64,000 nt of DNA from NCBI GenBank assembly GCA_963796685.1, contig CAWCMR010000025.1, positions 1,056,001-1,120,000 of the forward strand, in the 5' to 3' direction. Of this stretch, positions 50,670 to 59,729 are shown piece after piece. The stretch is from an uncultured delta proteobacterium (lineage in GTDB: Bacteria; Myxococcota_A; Polyangia; Fen-1088). The notes beneath the pieces were generated by a model. It had not been told where the DNA came from. It searched no databases and saw nothing but the letters and a program-made list of their open reading frames with translations. Position 1 is the stretch's first letter. Every line of letters starts with the position of its first letter. The position numbers were made by a program, and so were the translations under genes.

Positions 50670-51428
50670 TCACATCTTCTTGAGCTTGCTGACCAGATCC
50701 TTCAGCTTCTCGATAAGCTCCTCGGCGGATTCCAGGGCGTCCTTCCTCTGCTCGTCATCCAGTTCCTCGACCTGGGCCTTGGTAAAGGATCTCCTTCCCG
50801 CTTCCAGCGTGAAAAGCCTGAGCGAGCGGCCCAAGGTCTTGACGATAAGCGGCATCGCCGGCCGTCCTCCCCGCGAATCATCCTTCGGCATCTTCGCGCG
50901 CTCCTCGGCCACCGCCTGCCGCAGCTCGCGGAAAGACAGGTCCTTGGCCACCGCGTGTTTCGCGACCTTCTCGACCTTGGTCGGATCCATCAGCGGCAAG
51001 AGCGTTTCCTGGTACGAAGGGGGAAGCTCGCGGAAGGCTGTGGCGCCATCGGGAAGTTGCCGGAGGATCAAGGCGACACCCACGGCGTTGTTCAGCCAGG
51101 TTTTGGAGACCGGAAGCTCTGGAGTTCCGCATCTTTCGGCGAGGGCCCGAAACGACGCATCCTTGTTGGGATTCTTCGATTTGGCGAGAGCGGGGTCGCC
51201 ACGGAAGAATGTGCCGAGCACGTACTCTCCGACTTCTTGAGCGCCGAGCTTGAGGGTCGCGGCAACCTTCGCGCTGATCCACTTCGCTGCCTGATCGACG
51301 AGCTCTTCGTCCACGACTCCCCGAAGCGCCGGCACAGGTTTAGAGCTGTCCGGCACAAGCTCGCGGGGTTCCCTGTTCTTCACTTGGTTGCTTTTGCTGG
51401 CCGATTCCATGTTGGCTAACCTAACCAT
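50670..51428 (-). CDS. Hypothetical protein, possibly DNA-binding
   Basis: 252-aa ORF with coding-like codon use; SFRALAERC..VSKTWLNNAV helix-turn-helix-like segment. Confidence 0.6.
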   Translation of the reverse strand: MVRLANMESASKSNQVKNREPRELVPDSSKPVPALRGVVDEELVDQAAKWISAKVAATLKLGAQEVGEYVLGTFFRGDPALAKSKNPNKDASFRALAERCGTPELPVSKTWLNNAVGVALILRQLPDGATAFRELPPSYQETLLPLMDPTKVEKVAKHAVAKDLSFRELRQAVAEERAKMPKDDSRGGRPAMPLIVKTLGRSLRLFTLEAGRRSFTKAQVEELDDEQRKDALESAEELIEKLKDLVSKLKKM

Positions 51429-51475
51429 ACTTTACCGCAAACCTCATCGCCAATTGGGCCGATCCGCGAGCTCGG

Positions 51476-51501
51476 AGGGCGGGTTTCAAACCCGCCCCTA
51501 C
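51476..51501. repeat. GTAG-type REP (partial)
   Basis: agggcgggtttcaaacccgcccctac. Confidence 0.75.
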
Positions 51502-51806
51502 CCCCCCGCCTCGAGGACGCCGAGAGCGCGTCGAATTTCCCGCCGAAGGATTTCGCGCTGGCGTTTCCGAGGCCCTCGACTTCCCACGCCCGCCCGGACG
51601 CGGGGCGAGGGGACTGGAGCGCGAGACATCGGGGCGGGAACGGTCGCAGATGCCGGGCTTCGCCTGCTGGACTGGTCTGCCCCGCTGGCTGGCACGCCCA
51701 GAATCAGCGACGTTGCCCCCAGTAGGCCGGCCTACGGCTGTGGGCAAGGCGAGGAGGGACGGGCTCAAACGGGCAACGCCGCGCAGCCAGGGTTTCTGCC
51801 GAGCAA

Positions 51807-52991
51807 TCAACCCGGGAACCAGCGCTCTGGGTCGGTGAGAAGGAAGTCTTCCAGATCGATGCCGCCTCCACCCACGAGCAACCGGCGGACGGCGGGGTGA
51901 TGGCGCGCGAATAGGTCCAATCCGGGCAGGGCATCGCGCCTCCTGCCGCTCTTGACCTCGATGGCGACCAGGCTACGGCCCTTGCGCATCACGAAGTCCA
52001 CCTCACAGTTGGCCTCGCGCCACCAAGACACCTCGAAGCCCGAGGCCTGGGCACCACGCAAGAGGTGGGCGCCAACCGCCGTCTCGACCAAGCGGCCGCG
52101 CACCTCGGGTTCTTCGGCATCGTCCGGTCGCAGAGCCGTGATGAGGGCGTTGTCGAGAGCGAGCAACTTGGGGCTGGATCCGCGCCGACTTACCCGGCTG
52201 CCGGAGTAGCGGTCAAGTCCCGTCAGAAGTCCCGCGCCGCCGAGAAGCTCGAGGTAGTGGGCAAGCGTGACCACGTTACCGCGTTGTTGCATTTGGCCAA
52301 GCATCTTCTGATAGGTCAGAACCTGCCCCGAATAGAGACACCCCAGCTCGAAAAGGCGGCGCAAGAGTGCCGGCTTGTCCACGCGCACGAGATAGAGAAT
52401 GTCGCGCGAGACGGTCGTCTCGATGAGCGAGTCGCGAACGTAGGCCAAGAAGCGCGGGCGATCGTTGACCAGAGGTGCTGCGCCAGGATACCCGCCCCAT
52501 TGAACGAACTCGTCGAGCGTGAAGCCAAAGGCCTCGCGCATCTCTGAAAACGACCAGTGGGGCACGGGGATCATTTCGAAACGGCCCGCCAAGCTCTCGG
52601 TGATGCCGGACATCAAGAGGAGCTGCGACGATCCGAGTAAGACGGTGCGCAAGGGTCGCCGTCGACGCGTGTCCTCGTCCCACAGCTTCTTGACCAAGGC
52701 CGACCAATCGGGAATCTTCTGCACCTCATCGAGAAAAAGCACCGCGCCCTTTGGCGATCGACCGGCCAGCGTCCGCGCTTTTTCCCACTCGGTTTCAAGC
52801 CAAGACGAAGGGGACGCACCCACGGCATCCGCTGCGGCGTAGTGCGTGGGCATCGTCAGCCTCTCGCTCACCTGCAAGGCCAGCGTGGTCTTCCCTACCT
52901 GACGTGGCCCGGCCAGCACCTGCAAGAACCGTCGTTCCTGCTCGAGCCGCTCCCAAAGGACGGAGAACGGCTTTCGTTTGATTACATTCAT
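51807..52991 (-). CDS. AAA ATPase with DUF4143 domain (intact)
   Basis: GPRQVGKTT, FLDEVQ, ESLAGR, GGYP, GRLVE, EVDF, IEVKSG. Confidence 0.92.
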   Translation of the reverse strand: MNVIKRKPFSVLWERLEQERRFLQVLAGPRQVGKTTLALQVSERLTMPTHYAAADAVGASPSSWLETEWEKARTLAGRSPKGAVLFLDEVQKIPDWSALVKKLWDEDTRRRRPLRTVLLGSSQLLLMSGITESLAGRFEMIPVPHWSFSEMREAFGFTLDEFVQWGGYPGAAPLVNDRPRFLAYVRDSLIETTVSRDILYLVRVDKPALLRRLFELGCLYSGQVLTYQKMLGQMQQRGNVVTLAHYLELLGGAGLLTGLDRYSGSRVSRRGSSPKLLALDNALITALRPDDAEEPEVRGRLVETAVGAHLLRGAQASGFEVSWWREANCEVDFVMRKGRSLVAIEVKSGRRRDALPGLDLFARHHPAVRRLLVGGGGIDLEDFLLTDPERWFPG

Positions 52992-53059
52992 CCATAGATA
53001 ATTATCTCAGGTTATCTAGATAAACAACTAGGTTGTGCATGATGGACAAAATCCAAAAC

Positions 53060-53226
53060 GCATTCCAGCCCGTGGGAGGTATCAACGCGGCGTCGACTGA
53101 GGCGGCCGTGGCACTTTATGAAGCAGGGCTGGTCTGCATGGTGCCGGTGTCGCACGCGCGCGTGGCGGAGTCGTGCAAGTTGCTCGAGAACATCCTCCGC
53201 TCGGTCAACATCGCGCTGGTGAACGT
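53060..53226 (+). pseudogene. Internal fragment of a UDP-GlcNAc/ManNAc dehydrogenase (WbpA/WecC family)
   Basis: VGG..AVALYE..VPVS.ARVAESCKLLENILRSVNIALVN; no N- or C-terminal domains. Confidence 0.75.
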
Positions 53227-53284
53227 TCGCCGAGTTGCTGGACTGGCCAGCCCACAAGCAGATACCGCTTGATAGCACAGGACG

Positions 53285-53420
53285 CGAGCTTGCGAGGTAC
53301 TCGGAAGATTCACCTCGCCCCGCGAAGCGGGGAGAGGTCGCCGCGCGAAGCGGGGAGAGGTCGCCGCGCGAAGCGCGTCGGGTGAGGGGTTCGGCCATGC
53401 GAGAGAGTGCGCTGGCCCCT
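53285..53420. repeat. BoxC-like doublet, inverted copy of the MITE interior at about 13845-13955, interrupted at GCCCCT|CACCC
   Basis: Near-identical to the reverse complement of the 13.8-kb doublet, with an extra internal duplication. Confidence 0.85.
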
Positions 53421-53560
53421 TGTATCTTACGGGGGACTGGCTCGCTCTCGCTCGCAGTCCCCCGGTCCCCCCTCGCTTCGCCCAGCAAAGCTGGGCTACG
53501 CTCGCCCCCAAAGGCGAAGGAGCACGACGAGATTCAACGGCACGACAGACCGATGCCCCT
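53421..53560 (+). mobile_element. 140-bp orphan IS110 left end
   Basis: Reverse complement of 245-384; flanked by gctggcccct on the left and caccctagccc on the right. Confidence 0.88.
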
Positions 53561-53582
53561 CACCCTAGCCCGGGCGTCGGGC

Positions 53583-54332
53583 TCACCGGTTGGTCAGGGC
53601 GTAGAACAAGATGCCGTAGATCTCGCGCAGGGTGCTTTCGGTCTCTTTCAAGGCTTCGGCCCTGGGCAAGAAATCGAGCAAGGTCAGGCGACCTTTCGGG
53701 GTGTCCTGAAAGTCGACGGGAAAGGGGACGAAGTCGACGCCGGCCTTGCGAAACAGGCGTGCCGCGCGCGGCATGTGCCAGCCCGACGTCACCAGGATGA
53801 TCTTGTGCCAGCCCCGCTCGCGCATGAGGCTGGCGATGGCGTGGGCCTCGTCGAGGGTGTTGCCCACTTCGCCCGTGACCAGGATCCGCTCGGCGGGGAT
53901 CCCGCGCGCGATGGCGACGCGTTTCGAAATCACACCCTCGAGCTCGGCCTGGCGGTCCCAGGGAAGGCGTCCGCCCGTGAACACGAGCCACGGGGCCTTC
54001 TTCTTCTGCCAAAGCTCGATGCCCGCCTCCAGCCGCTCGCTGGCTTCGCCCACATTGGGCAGATACCCATCGCGCGTGGGCGGCCCGAAGATCCCACCCA
54101 GGGGCACGATGGCGTCTGCGGTTTCCACCTGGTCGATGGGCACCGCCGGGTAGCGCGTCTCAAGCCAGTGGGTCAGCCGCTGTCCGACGATCGGCATGCT
54201 GCTGAGGTACAAGATGGCCAGCGCGGCGACAATCGGCCTGCGTTTCTTGCGCCAAAGCCCGACCACGAGCAGCAGCACGACCAAGCCGAGCGGCAGAACG
54301 AAGATGGGCAGGAGCTTGTTCAGGAACAGCAT
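53583..54332 (-). CDS. YdcF/ElyC (DUF218) family protein
   Basis: IVPLGG, VFTGG, NTLDEA, LVTSGWHMPRA, LREIYG. Confidence 0.9.
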   Translation of the reverse strand: MLFLNKLLPIFVLPLGLVVLLLVVGLWRKKRRPIVAALAILYLSSMPIVGQRLTHWLETRYPAVPIDQVETADAIVPLGGIFGPPTRDGYLPNVGEASERLEAGIELWQKKKAPWLVFTGGRLPWDRQAELEGVISKRVAIARGIPAERILVTGEVGNTLDEAHAIASLMRERGWHKIILVTSGWHMPRAARLFRKAGVDFVPFPVDFQDTPKGRLTLLDFLPRAEALKETESTLREIYGILFYALTNR

Positions 54333-54342
54333 GGGCTCCCGA

Positions 54343-54384
54343 TCCCCTCGCCCCGCGAAGCGGGGAGAGGGCTAGCGTGAGGGG
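54343..54384. repeat. BoxC-like palindrome
   Basis: tcccctcgccccgcgaagcggggagagggctagcgtgagggg; a further partial copy at about 54449-54475. Confidence 0.85.
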
Positions 54385-54477
54385 CGATCGCAAGCTCTCG
54401 ATTTCGGTTCTGCACTGGGTTCAAAGATTAGCATGGGCGCCGGGCGCGCCCTCGCCCGCTGCGCGGGGCGAGGCGAG

Positions 54478-55491
54478 TTAGAGGGCTACGGGGGCGCCGT
54501 TGCTTTCCAGGGATTTTTGCGCGGCTTCCAGCACGCGCACCACGCGCAGGGCGGAATGCCCGTCGGTGAGGGGGCGCTTGCCCTGGGTGATGCAGTCGAC
54601 GAAGTGACGGCACTCGCGCTCGAGGGGCTCGACCATCGGGATCTGCGGTATGTGAATGTCGCCGTTGCGGATGGAAAGGAACTGCGCGTACTCGGTGAAC
54701 GCGGGCGGGCGATCGACGCCCTTGTCGTAGATGCGGATCTTCTCTACCGGATGAACGTCGTCGAACTCGACCATCTTTTGCGATCCCACGATGGTCAGGC
54801 GACGCTCTTTGCGCGGATCGAGCCACGAGACTTGGATCTGCGCGCTGACCCCGCTGCGGAAGCGCAGGTTGACGAACACCACGTCCTCGATGCGGCTTTG
54901 CAGATAGGTTCCGCCGCGCGCGCTGACCGATTCGGGTTCGTCCGAGAGCAGGTACTCGATCATCGAGACATCGTGCGGGGCCAGGCTCCACAGGGCGTTT
55001 TCATCCTGGCGCACGCGACCCAGGTTCACGCGCAGCGCATAGATGTAGTAGACGCGGCCAAGCTCGCCCTTGTCGATCATGGCCTTCAGCCTCTCCACCG
55101 CGGGATGGAACAACATCAGGTGACCCACCATCAAGATGCGCTTGTGGGTTTCGGCGGCCGAGACCACGGCGTGGGCGTCCGCGGCGTCGAGGGCGAGCGG
55201 CTTTTCCACCAAGACGTGCTTGCCGGCATTGAGCACCATGCGCGCTTGCTCGGCGTGATCCCTGGCCGGCGTGGCCAGCACCACCGCGTCGACGTCGGTG
55301 GCGGCCAGCGCGGACGCCAGGTCATCCTGCAGACGCGCGCCGGGGGCGATGGCATGGGCGCGGTCGAGGGCGGACTCGGCGCCGTCGCACACCATGACCA
55401 GCTCGGCGCCCTTGGTGCGGCTCATGGCGCGCACGTGGTTGATACCCCAGGCGCCTGCTCCGACGACGGCGATGCGTACCGTATCAACCAT
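54478..55491 (-). CDS. Gfo/Idh/MocA oxidoreductase (WbpB/WlbA-like role by context)
   Basis: VVGAGAWG, HVLVEKP, LAPHD; downstream of wbpD and wbpE homologues. Confidence 0.85.
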   Translation of the reverse strand: MVDTVRIAVVGAGAWGINHVRAMSRTKGAELVMVCDGAESALDRAHAIAPGARLQDDLASALAATDVDAVVLATPARDHAEQARMVLNAGKHVLVEKPLALDAADAHAVVSAAETHKRILMVGHLMLFHPAVERLKAMIDKGELGRVYYIYALRVNLGRVRQDENALWSLAPHDVSMIEYLLSDEPESVSARGGTYLQSRIEDVVFVNLRFRSGVSAQIQVSWLDPRKERRLTIVGSQKMVEFDDVHPVEKIRIYDKGVDRPPAFTEYAQFLSIRNGDIHIPQIPMVEPLERECRHFVDCITQGKRPLTDGHSALRVVRVLEAAQKSLESNGAPVAL

Positions 55492-55492
55492 G

Positions 55493-56572
55493 TCAGCTCC
55501 TTGGGCGGTAGAAGGTGGCGATCTGTTCGACGACGAAGGCTTGCTGCGCCTCCGTCAGCTCGGCGTAGATGGGCAGGGCCAGCGTCTCTCGGGTGGCCCG
55601 TTCGGCGTGGGGAAAGGCGCCTGGCGCGAGGCCTAGATCGGCGAAGCAAGGCTGAAGGTGCAGCGCCAGCGGGTAGTAGATCTCGGTGCCCACGCCGTTC
55701 CGGGTGAGGTGCTCGCGCAAGGCATCCCGGCGTGGGGCCCGAATCACGAACTGGTTGTAGATGTGGCCCGGGGCATCCGAGGGCAACATCAATTCGGCCG
55801 GCAGGCCGGGCGTGGCCGCGAACAGGCTTCGGTAGCGCTCGGCGTTCCTGCGCCGGCCAGCCGTCCAGTCGGCGAGCCTGGCCAGCTTCACGCGCAAAAC
55901 AGCGGCCTGCAAGGCATCAAGGCGGAAGTTGCCGCCGACCTCGTGGTGAACGTATTTCGGCTTGCTGCCGTGGGCGCGCAGGATCGCGACCTTGTCGGCG
56001 AACCCGTCGTCGTCGGTCACCAGGGCGCCGCCGTCGCCGAAGGCGCCAAGGTTCTTCGAAGGAAAGAACGACAGGCAACCGGCGATCCCCGCCACCTTGC
56101 ACGCGCCGATGGCCTGCGCGGCGTCCTCGACGATGGGAACCGAAACCTTGGGCAGAACTGCCGGCCGGCCGAAGAGATGGACCGGGATCAGGGCGCGCGT
56201 CTTCGGCCCGCACGCGGCCGCGGCCGCCGCCTCGTCGAGATTGAAGGTTTGCGGGTCGATGTCCGCGAAGACGGGCCGCGCCCCCAGGCGCGCGATGCAA
56301 CCCACGGTGGCGAAGAACGAATACGGCGTGGTCACCACCTCGTCGCCAGCGCGCACCTCCAGCGCCGTCAGCGCCACCAGCAGGGCATCGGTCCCCGACG
56401 ACAGCCCGACCGCGCGGCGGGTGCCGAGCGCGGTGGCCAGCTCTTTCTCGAAGGCCTCGACCTCGGGGCCCAGGATGAAGGCGCCGCCGTCCACCACGCG
56501 GGCGATGGCGGCCATGAGCGCCTCGCACAGTGGGGCGTTCTGCGCCTTGACGTCGAGCAAGGGCACCTTCAC
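55493..56572 (-). CDS. DegT/DnrJ/EryC1/StrS aminotransferase (WbpE-like)
   Basis: SSGTDAL, EDAAQA, SFFPSKNLGAFGDGG, NFRLDALQA. Confidence 0.92.
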   Translation of the reverse strand: MKVPLLDVKAQNAPLCEALMAAIARVVDGGAFILGPEVEAFEKELATALGTRRAVGLSSGTDALLVALTALEVRAGDEVVTTPYSFFATVGCIARLGARPVFADIDPQTFNLDEAAAAAACGPKTRALIPVHLFGRPAVLPKVSVPIVEDAAQAIGACKVAGIAGCLSFFPSKNLGAFGDGGALVTDDDGFADKVAILRAHGSKPKYVHHEVGGNFRLDALQAAVLRVKLARLADWTAGRRRNAERYRSLFAATPGLPAELMLPSDAPGHIYNQFVIRAPRRDALREHLTRNGVGTEIYYPLALHLQPCFADLGLAPGAFPHAERATRETLALPIYAELTEAQQAFVVEQIATFYRPRS

Positions 56573-57189
56573 GGGGTGACCTCGGGGATCACAGCTTCGG
56601 CGTCGCCCGCGTCTCGACCAAGCACGTACCTTTGGCCGCACGAGGCACAGGCCAGCGAGGGTCCCTTGGGCAAGCGGATCCCGCACCGGCACATCCAGCC
56701 AGCCACGCTCCCTGGCACGCCCAGCACCAGCGCGTAGGCCGGAACGTCCTTGGTCACCACGGCGCCGGCGCCGACAAAGGCGTACTCGCCAATCGTGTGC
56801 CCGCACACCACGGTGGCATTGGCCCCGATGGAAGCGCCACGCCCCACCACGGTCTTGCGGTATTCATGCTTGCGCTCGATGAAGGCGCGCGGATTGTTCA
56901 CGTTGGTGAACACGGCCGAGGGCGCGACGAAGACCTCGGCCTCGAGCACCACGTCGTCGTAGAGCGAGACGTTGTTCTGGATCTTGCAGCCATCGCCCAG
57001 CACGGCCCGGCTGGCCACGAAGACGTTTTGGCCAAGCACGCAACGGGCGCCGATGCGCGCCCCGGCCATCACATGGCAGAAGTGCCAGATGCGCGTGCCG
57101 TCGCCGATGTGAGCCGGCTGATCGACGACCGCCGTTTCGTGGGCCCAGTAGCCGGCGCCTGCCTGCTGGTTCGATGTTGGATCGGCCAT
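56569..57189 (-). CDS. wbpD: Hexapeptide N-acetyltransferase (WbpD/WlbB-like)
   Basis: IWHFCHV, LGQNV, KIQNNVS, VFTNV.NPR, GANAT. Confidence 0.88.
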   Translation of the reverse strand: MADPTSNQQAGAGYWAHETAVVDQPAHIGDGTRIWHFCHVMAGARIGARCVLGQNVFVASRAVLGDGCKIQNNVSLYDDVVLEAEVFVAPSAVFTNVNNPRAFIERKHEYRKTVVGRGASIGANATVVCGHTIGEYAFVGAGAVVTKDVPAYALVLGVPGSVAGWMCRCGIRLPKGPSLACASCGQRYVLGRDAGDAEAVIPEVTP

Positions 57190-57236
57190 CCAGGGCCATA
57201 GTACACCAGGGCCGTTCTCCTCGCGCGAGCGAGAGA

Positions 57237-57646
57237 GCCCCTCACCCTAGCCCTCTCCCCGCTTCGCGGGGCGAGGGGACCGGAGGGGAGAACGCGCGCG
57301 CCCAGGGGCGGCGGGACCGGAGGGGAGAACGCGCGCGCCCAGGGGCGACGGGACCGGAGGGGAGAACGCGCGCGCCCAGGGGCGGCGGGACCGGAGGGGA
57401 GAACGCGCGCGCCCAGGGGCGACGGGACCGGAGGGGAGAACGCGCGCGCCCAGGGGCGACGGGACCGGAGGGGAGAACGCGCGCGCCCAGGGGCGAGGGG
57501 ACCGGAGGGGAGAACGCGCGCGCCCAGGAGCGAGGGGACCGGAGGGGAGAATGCGCGCCGGGGGGGCGGGGAAGACGGGAGGCAGACACCTGGTCCCCTC
57601 GCCCCGCGAAGCGAAGCGCAGCGGGGAGAGGGACAGGGTGAGGGGG
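57237..57646. repeat. Inverted pair of BoxC-like palindromes enclosing about 8 tandem 37-bp units
   Basis: Units start at 57281, 57318, 57355, 57392, 57429, 57466, 57503, 57540; palindromes at about 57237-57280 and 57593-57646. Confidence 0.93.
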
Positions 57647-57651
57647 CCGCG

Positions 57652-58938
57652 CTAGTACATCACGCCGAGGCGGAAGAGCAGGACGTGCTTGGTGTAGTCG
57701 AGGCCGAGATCGGGGGGGACGGTCTTTGCGGTCTTCGTGGTGCGGTTGAGATTCAGCGAGTAGCTGGCGCCCATGAGAAGGAACTTGCCGATGACGTAGT
57801 CCAGGGCCACCCCACCCATGACATAGTTGTCAATTCTCCCGGTCCCGAAGCGGCGATTCTCGAACCGACCGAAGAGATAGGTCACGACCCTACTGGCGAC
57901 CATCTGCTGAAAGCTGCCGTAGACGGCGTCCATGTTGTAGTACCCGCCGAGGAACGGCGAATTGACGAAGTCGTGGTGGTAGCCAAGCCCGGCGCGCGAG
58001 AGCATGGACACGGAGTAGTTGACCTCGGTGAGGACACCAAGGTTGCCAAGACCAGTGGGATTGCCGCCCGACGAGTAGAAGGCGTTTTGGTAGCCACCCG
58101 CGATGTTCACGGACAGCTTCTCGGTCAGAAGACCGCGGAGTCCGAGGAGGGTACGGAGCGGATAGGAGGCGCTGTTACCGGAGCCGGAGTTGAGATAGGT
58201 GATCGCCCCTTGCGCCACCTGGGCATAGATCGAGGTTCGCGGCAGCCAGCGCCAGCCGATGTCGAGCACCCCTTCGTTCCCCATGTTGCTGCCGTTGCTG
58301 TAGGTGCTGCCTTCGTATTTGTCGATGAGGTTCGAGTAGCGGAGCATGACGTTCAGACGGCCGCCCCCAGGAGCGAAGTGCAGGCTGGCCGAGGCCATGT
58401 TGTCGTCGCGGATGATGGGATTGGCACCAGCCGCATAGGGCGCTTGTTGGTAGCGGCTGAAGGTCTCGGAAAGCGTGAAGCTGAGCGCCTGGCCCGAAGA
58501 GAACTCGGCCGTTCCGCCGAGGCTGGGATTGGTTGCGCTTTGGTTGTACACATCGTTGTTGCTGCTGAGGTAGCGCAGAAAATCGACTGACCCGACGAGA
58601 TCGTAATAGGTGCCAGAGGGGATGCTGCCGTCGCGCTCGGCGTTGGTGATCTCCAGCCTGGGCGTCACGTGCAGAACCGCCGAGGTGTCCTGCCCCGACG
58701 AGCCGTAGAACACGTTCGAATCGTAGCCGATGTCGGCCAACACCGCCGCGTGCAGAATCGCCTCCTCGCCCAGCTTGAGGCCCGAGGGCAATCCCTTGGT
58801 CACGAGCTGGCGGCCCGCGCCCGTGGACATGGACTCCAGCGCCGGTCCCTGCGAGCTCGTCAGCGCCGCCTGCGCCCACGCCATGGGGCTTGCCGCGAAG
58901 GCAATGCAGAAGGCAAGTACAAGTGGCCGTAGTCTCAT
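57652..58938 (-). CDS. Outer-membrane beta-barrel protein (polysaccharide-export EpsX/WzpB-like by context)
   Basis: Signal peptide, GYDSNVF motif, alternating aromatic strands, C-terminal aromatic residue (LGVMY). Confidence 0.75.
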   Translation of the reverse strand: MRLRPLVLAFCIAFAASPMAWAQAALTSSQGPALESMSTGAGRQLVTKGLPSGLKLGEEAILHAAVLADIGYDSNVFYGSSGQDTSAVLHVTPRLEITNAERDGSIPSGTYYDLVGSVDFLRYLSSNNDVYNQSATNPSLGGTAEFSSGQALSFTLSETFSRYQQAPYAAGANPIIRDDNMASASLHFAPGGGRLNVMLRYSNLIDKYEGSTYSNGSNMGNEGVLDIGWRWLPRTSIYAQVAQGAITYLNSGSGNSASYPLRTLLGLRGLLTEKLSVNIAGGYQNAFYSSGGNPTGLGNLGVLTEVNYSVSMLSRAGLGYHHDFVNSPFLGGYYNMDAVYGSFQQMVASRVVTYLFGRFENRRFGTGRIDNYVMGGVALDYVIGKFLLMGASYSLNLNRTTKTAKTVPPDLGLDYTKHVLLFRLGVMY

Positions 58939-59003
58939 GGAGTTCCGATTAGGTATGGCTGGTTCCGCGCGTCCTTGTCAGATTGAATGACCCTGGGGTT
59001 GGT

Positions 59004-59612
59004 TTATTGAAACGGGCTCGCCACGGGTGGTCTCTCGACGACCGTGACCGGGGGCGCGGGCGGGGCCGGCTGATCGACGGTGGCGTTCAGGCCTTCCGGC
59101 GCCTCGACGACCACCTTGGTCGGCCCCACGTAATTGGTCTCGGCCCCGACACAGGCGTCGGCCTCGGTGCGCAGAACCTGGACCTTCTGGTTGATGATGG
59201 TGACCCGCGTGTACTCGTGCAGCTCGGTGCCCTCGTCCCGGCGCGCCACGCTTTCCTGCAAGGCCTGCAACGTCTGGTCCATCATGTTGCCGTTGACCTT
59301 CACCTGGGTCAGCTTGTCGAGCAGGCAGTTCAGGCGAATCACGTCCTTGTCCGCCTTGGCTTGGTCGACCTGGGCCTGAATCTGCATGGTGGTGGAGCCG
59401 ATCTGCGTGCGGTACTCGCGCCCCTGGCTCAGCATCTCATCGCCGCTGATCGTCGCGTGTTGGGTGCTCGGCGGGGCAAGCAGCGCCGGTGCCGGCGCCG
59501 CTACCGGTGCCGGCGCTGGGGCCGGACCTGGTGCTTCCCCGCCCGCGGTTTGGGCCAGCGCCACCGGCGCGACCAGCAGGAACAACCACATGACTCTGAA
59601 CGCCCTAAACAT
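59004..59612 (-). CDS. Secreted helical hypothetical protein
   Basis: Signal peptide, KDVIRLNC..EADACVG, Pro-rich tail ending ASPFQ. Confidence 0.75.
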   Translation of the reverse strand: MFRAFRVMWLFLLVAPVALAQTAGGEAPGPAPAPAPVAAPAPALLAPPSTQHATISGDEMLSQGREYRTQIGSTTMQIQAQVDQAKADKDVIRLNCLLDKLTQVKVNGNMMDQTLQALQESVARRDEGTELHEYTRVTIINQKVQVLRTEADACVGAETNYVGPTKVVVEAPEGLNATVDQPAPPAPPVTVVERPPVASPFQ

Positions 59613-59729
59613 GATGCACCTCGCAACTATGGTAGACGCGCACCGTTAATGACGCGCTATGCACTACGCCGTGAAAAACTGGTGAAATATATGGCTCGGA
59701 TAAACGACGTGTCAACCTGACCTCCGCAA

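Noticed and set aside
52995-53040. AT-rich palindromes (ttatctagataa) as a terminator or att site
   Set aside because: Single occurrence; plausible promoter/operator but unsupported.
55504-55515. ops-like GGCGGTAG
   Set aside because: Lies inside a minus-strand CDS in the wrong orientation; no JUMPStart context.
57270-57570. CRISPR array with 37-bp repeats
   Set aside because: Units are directly abutting with no spacers.
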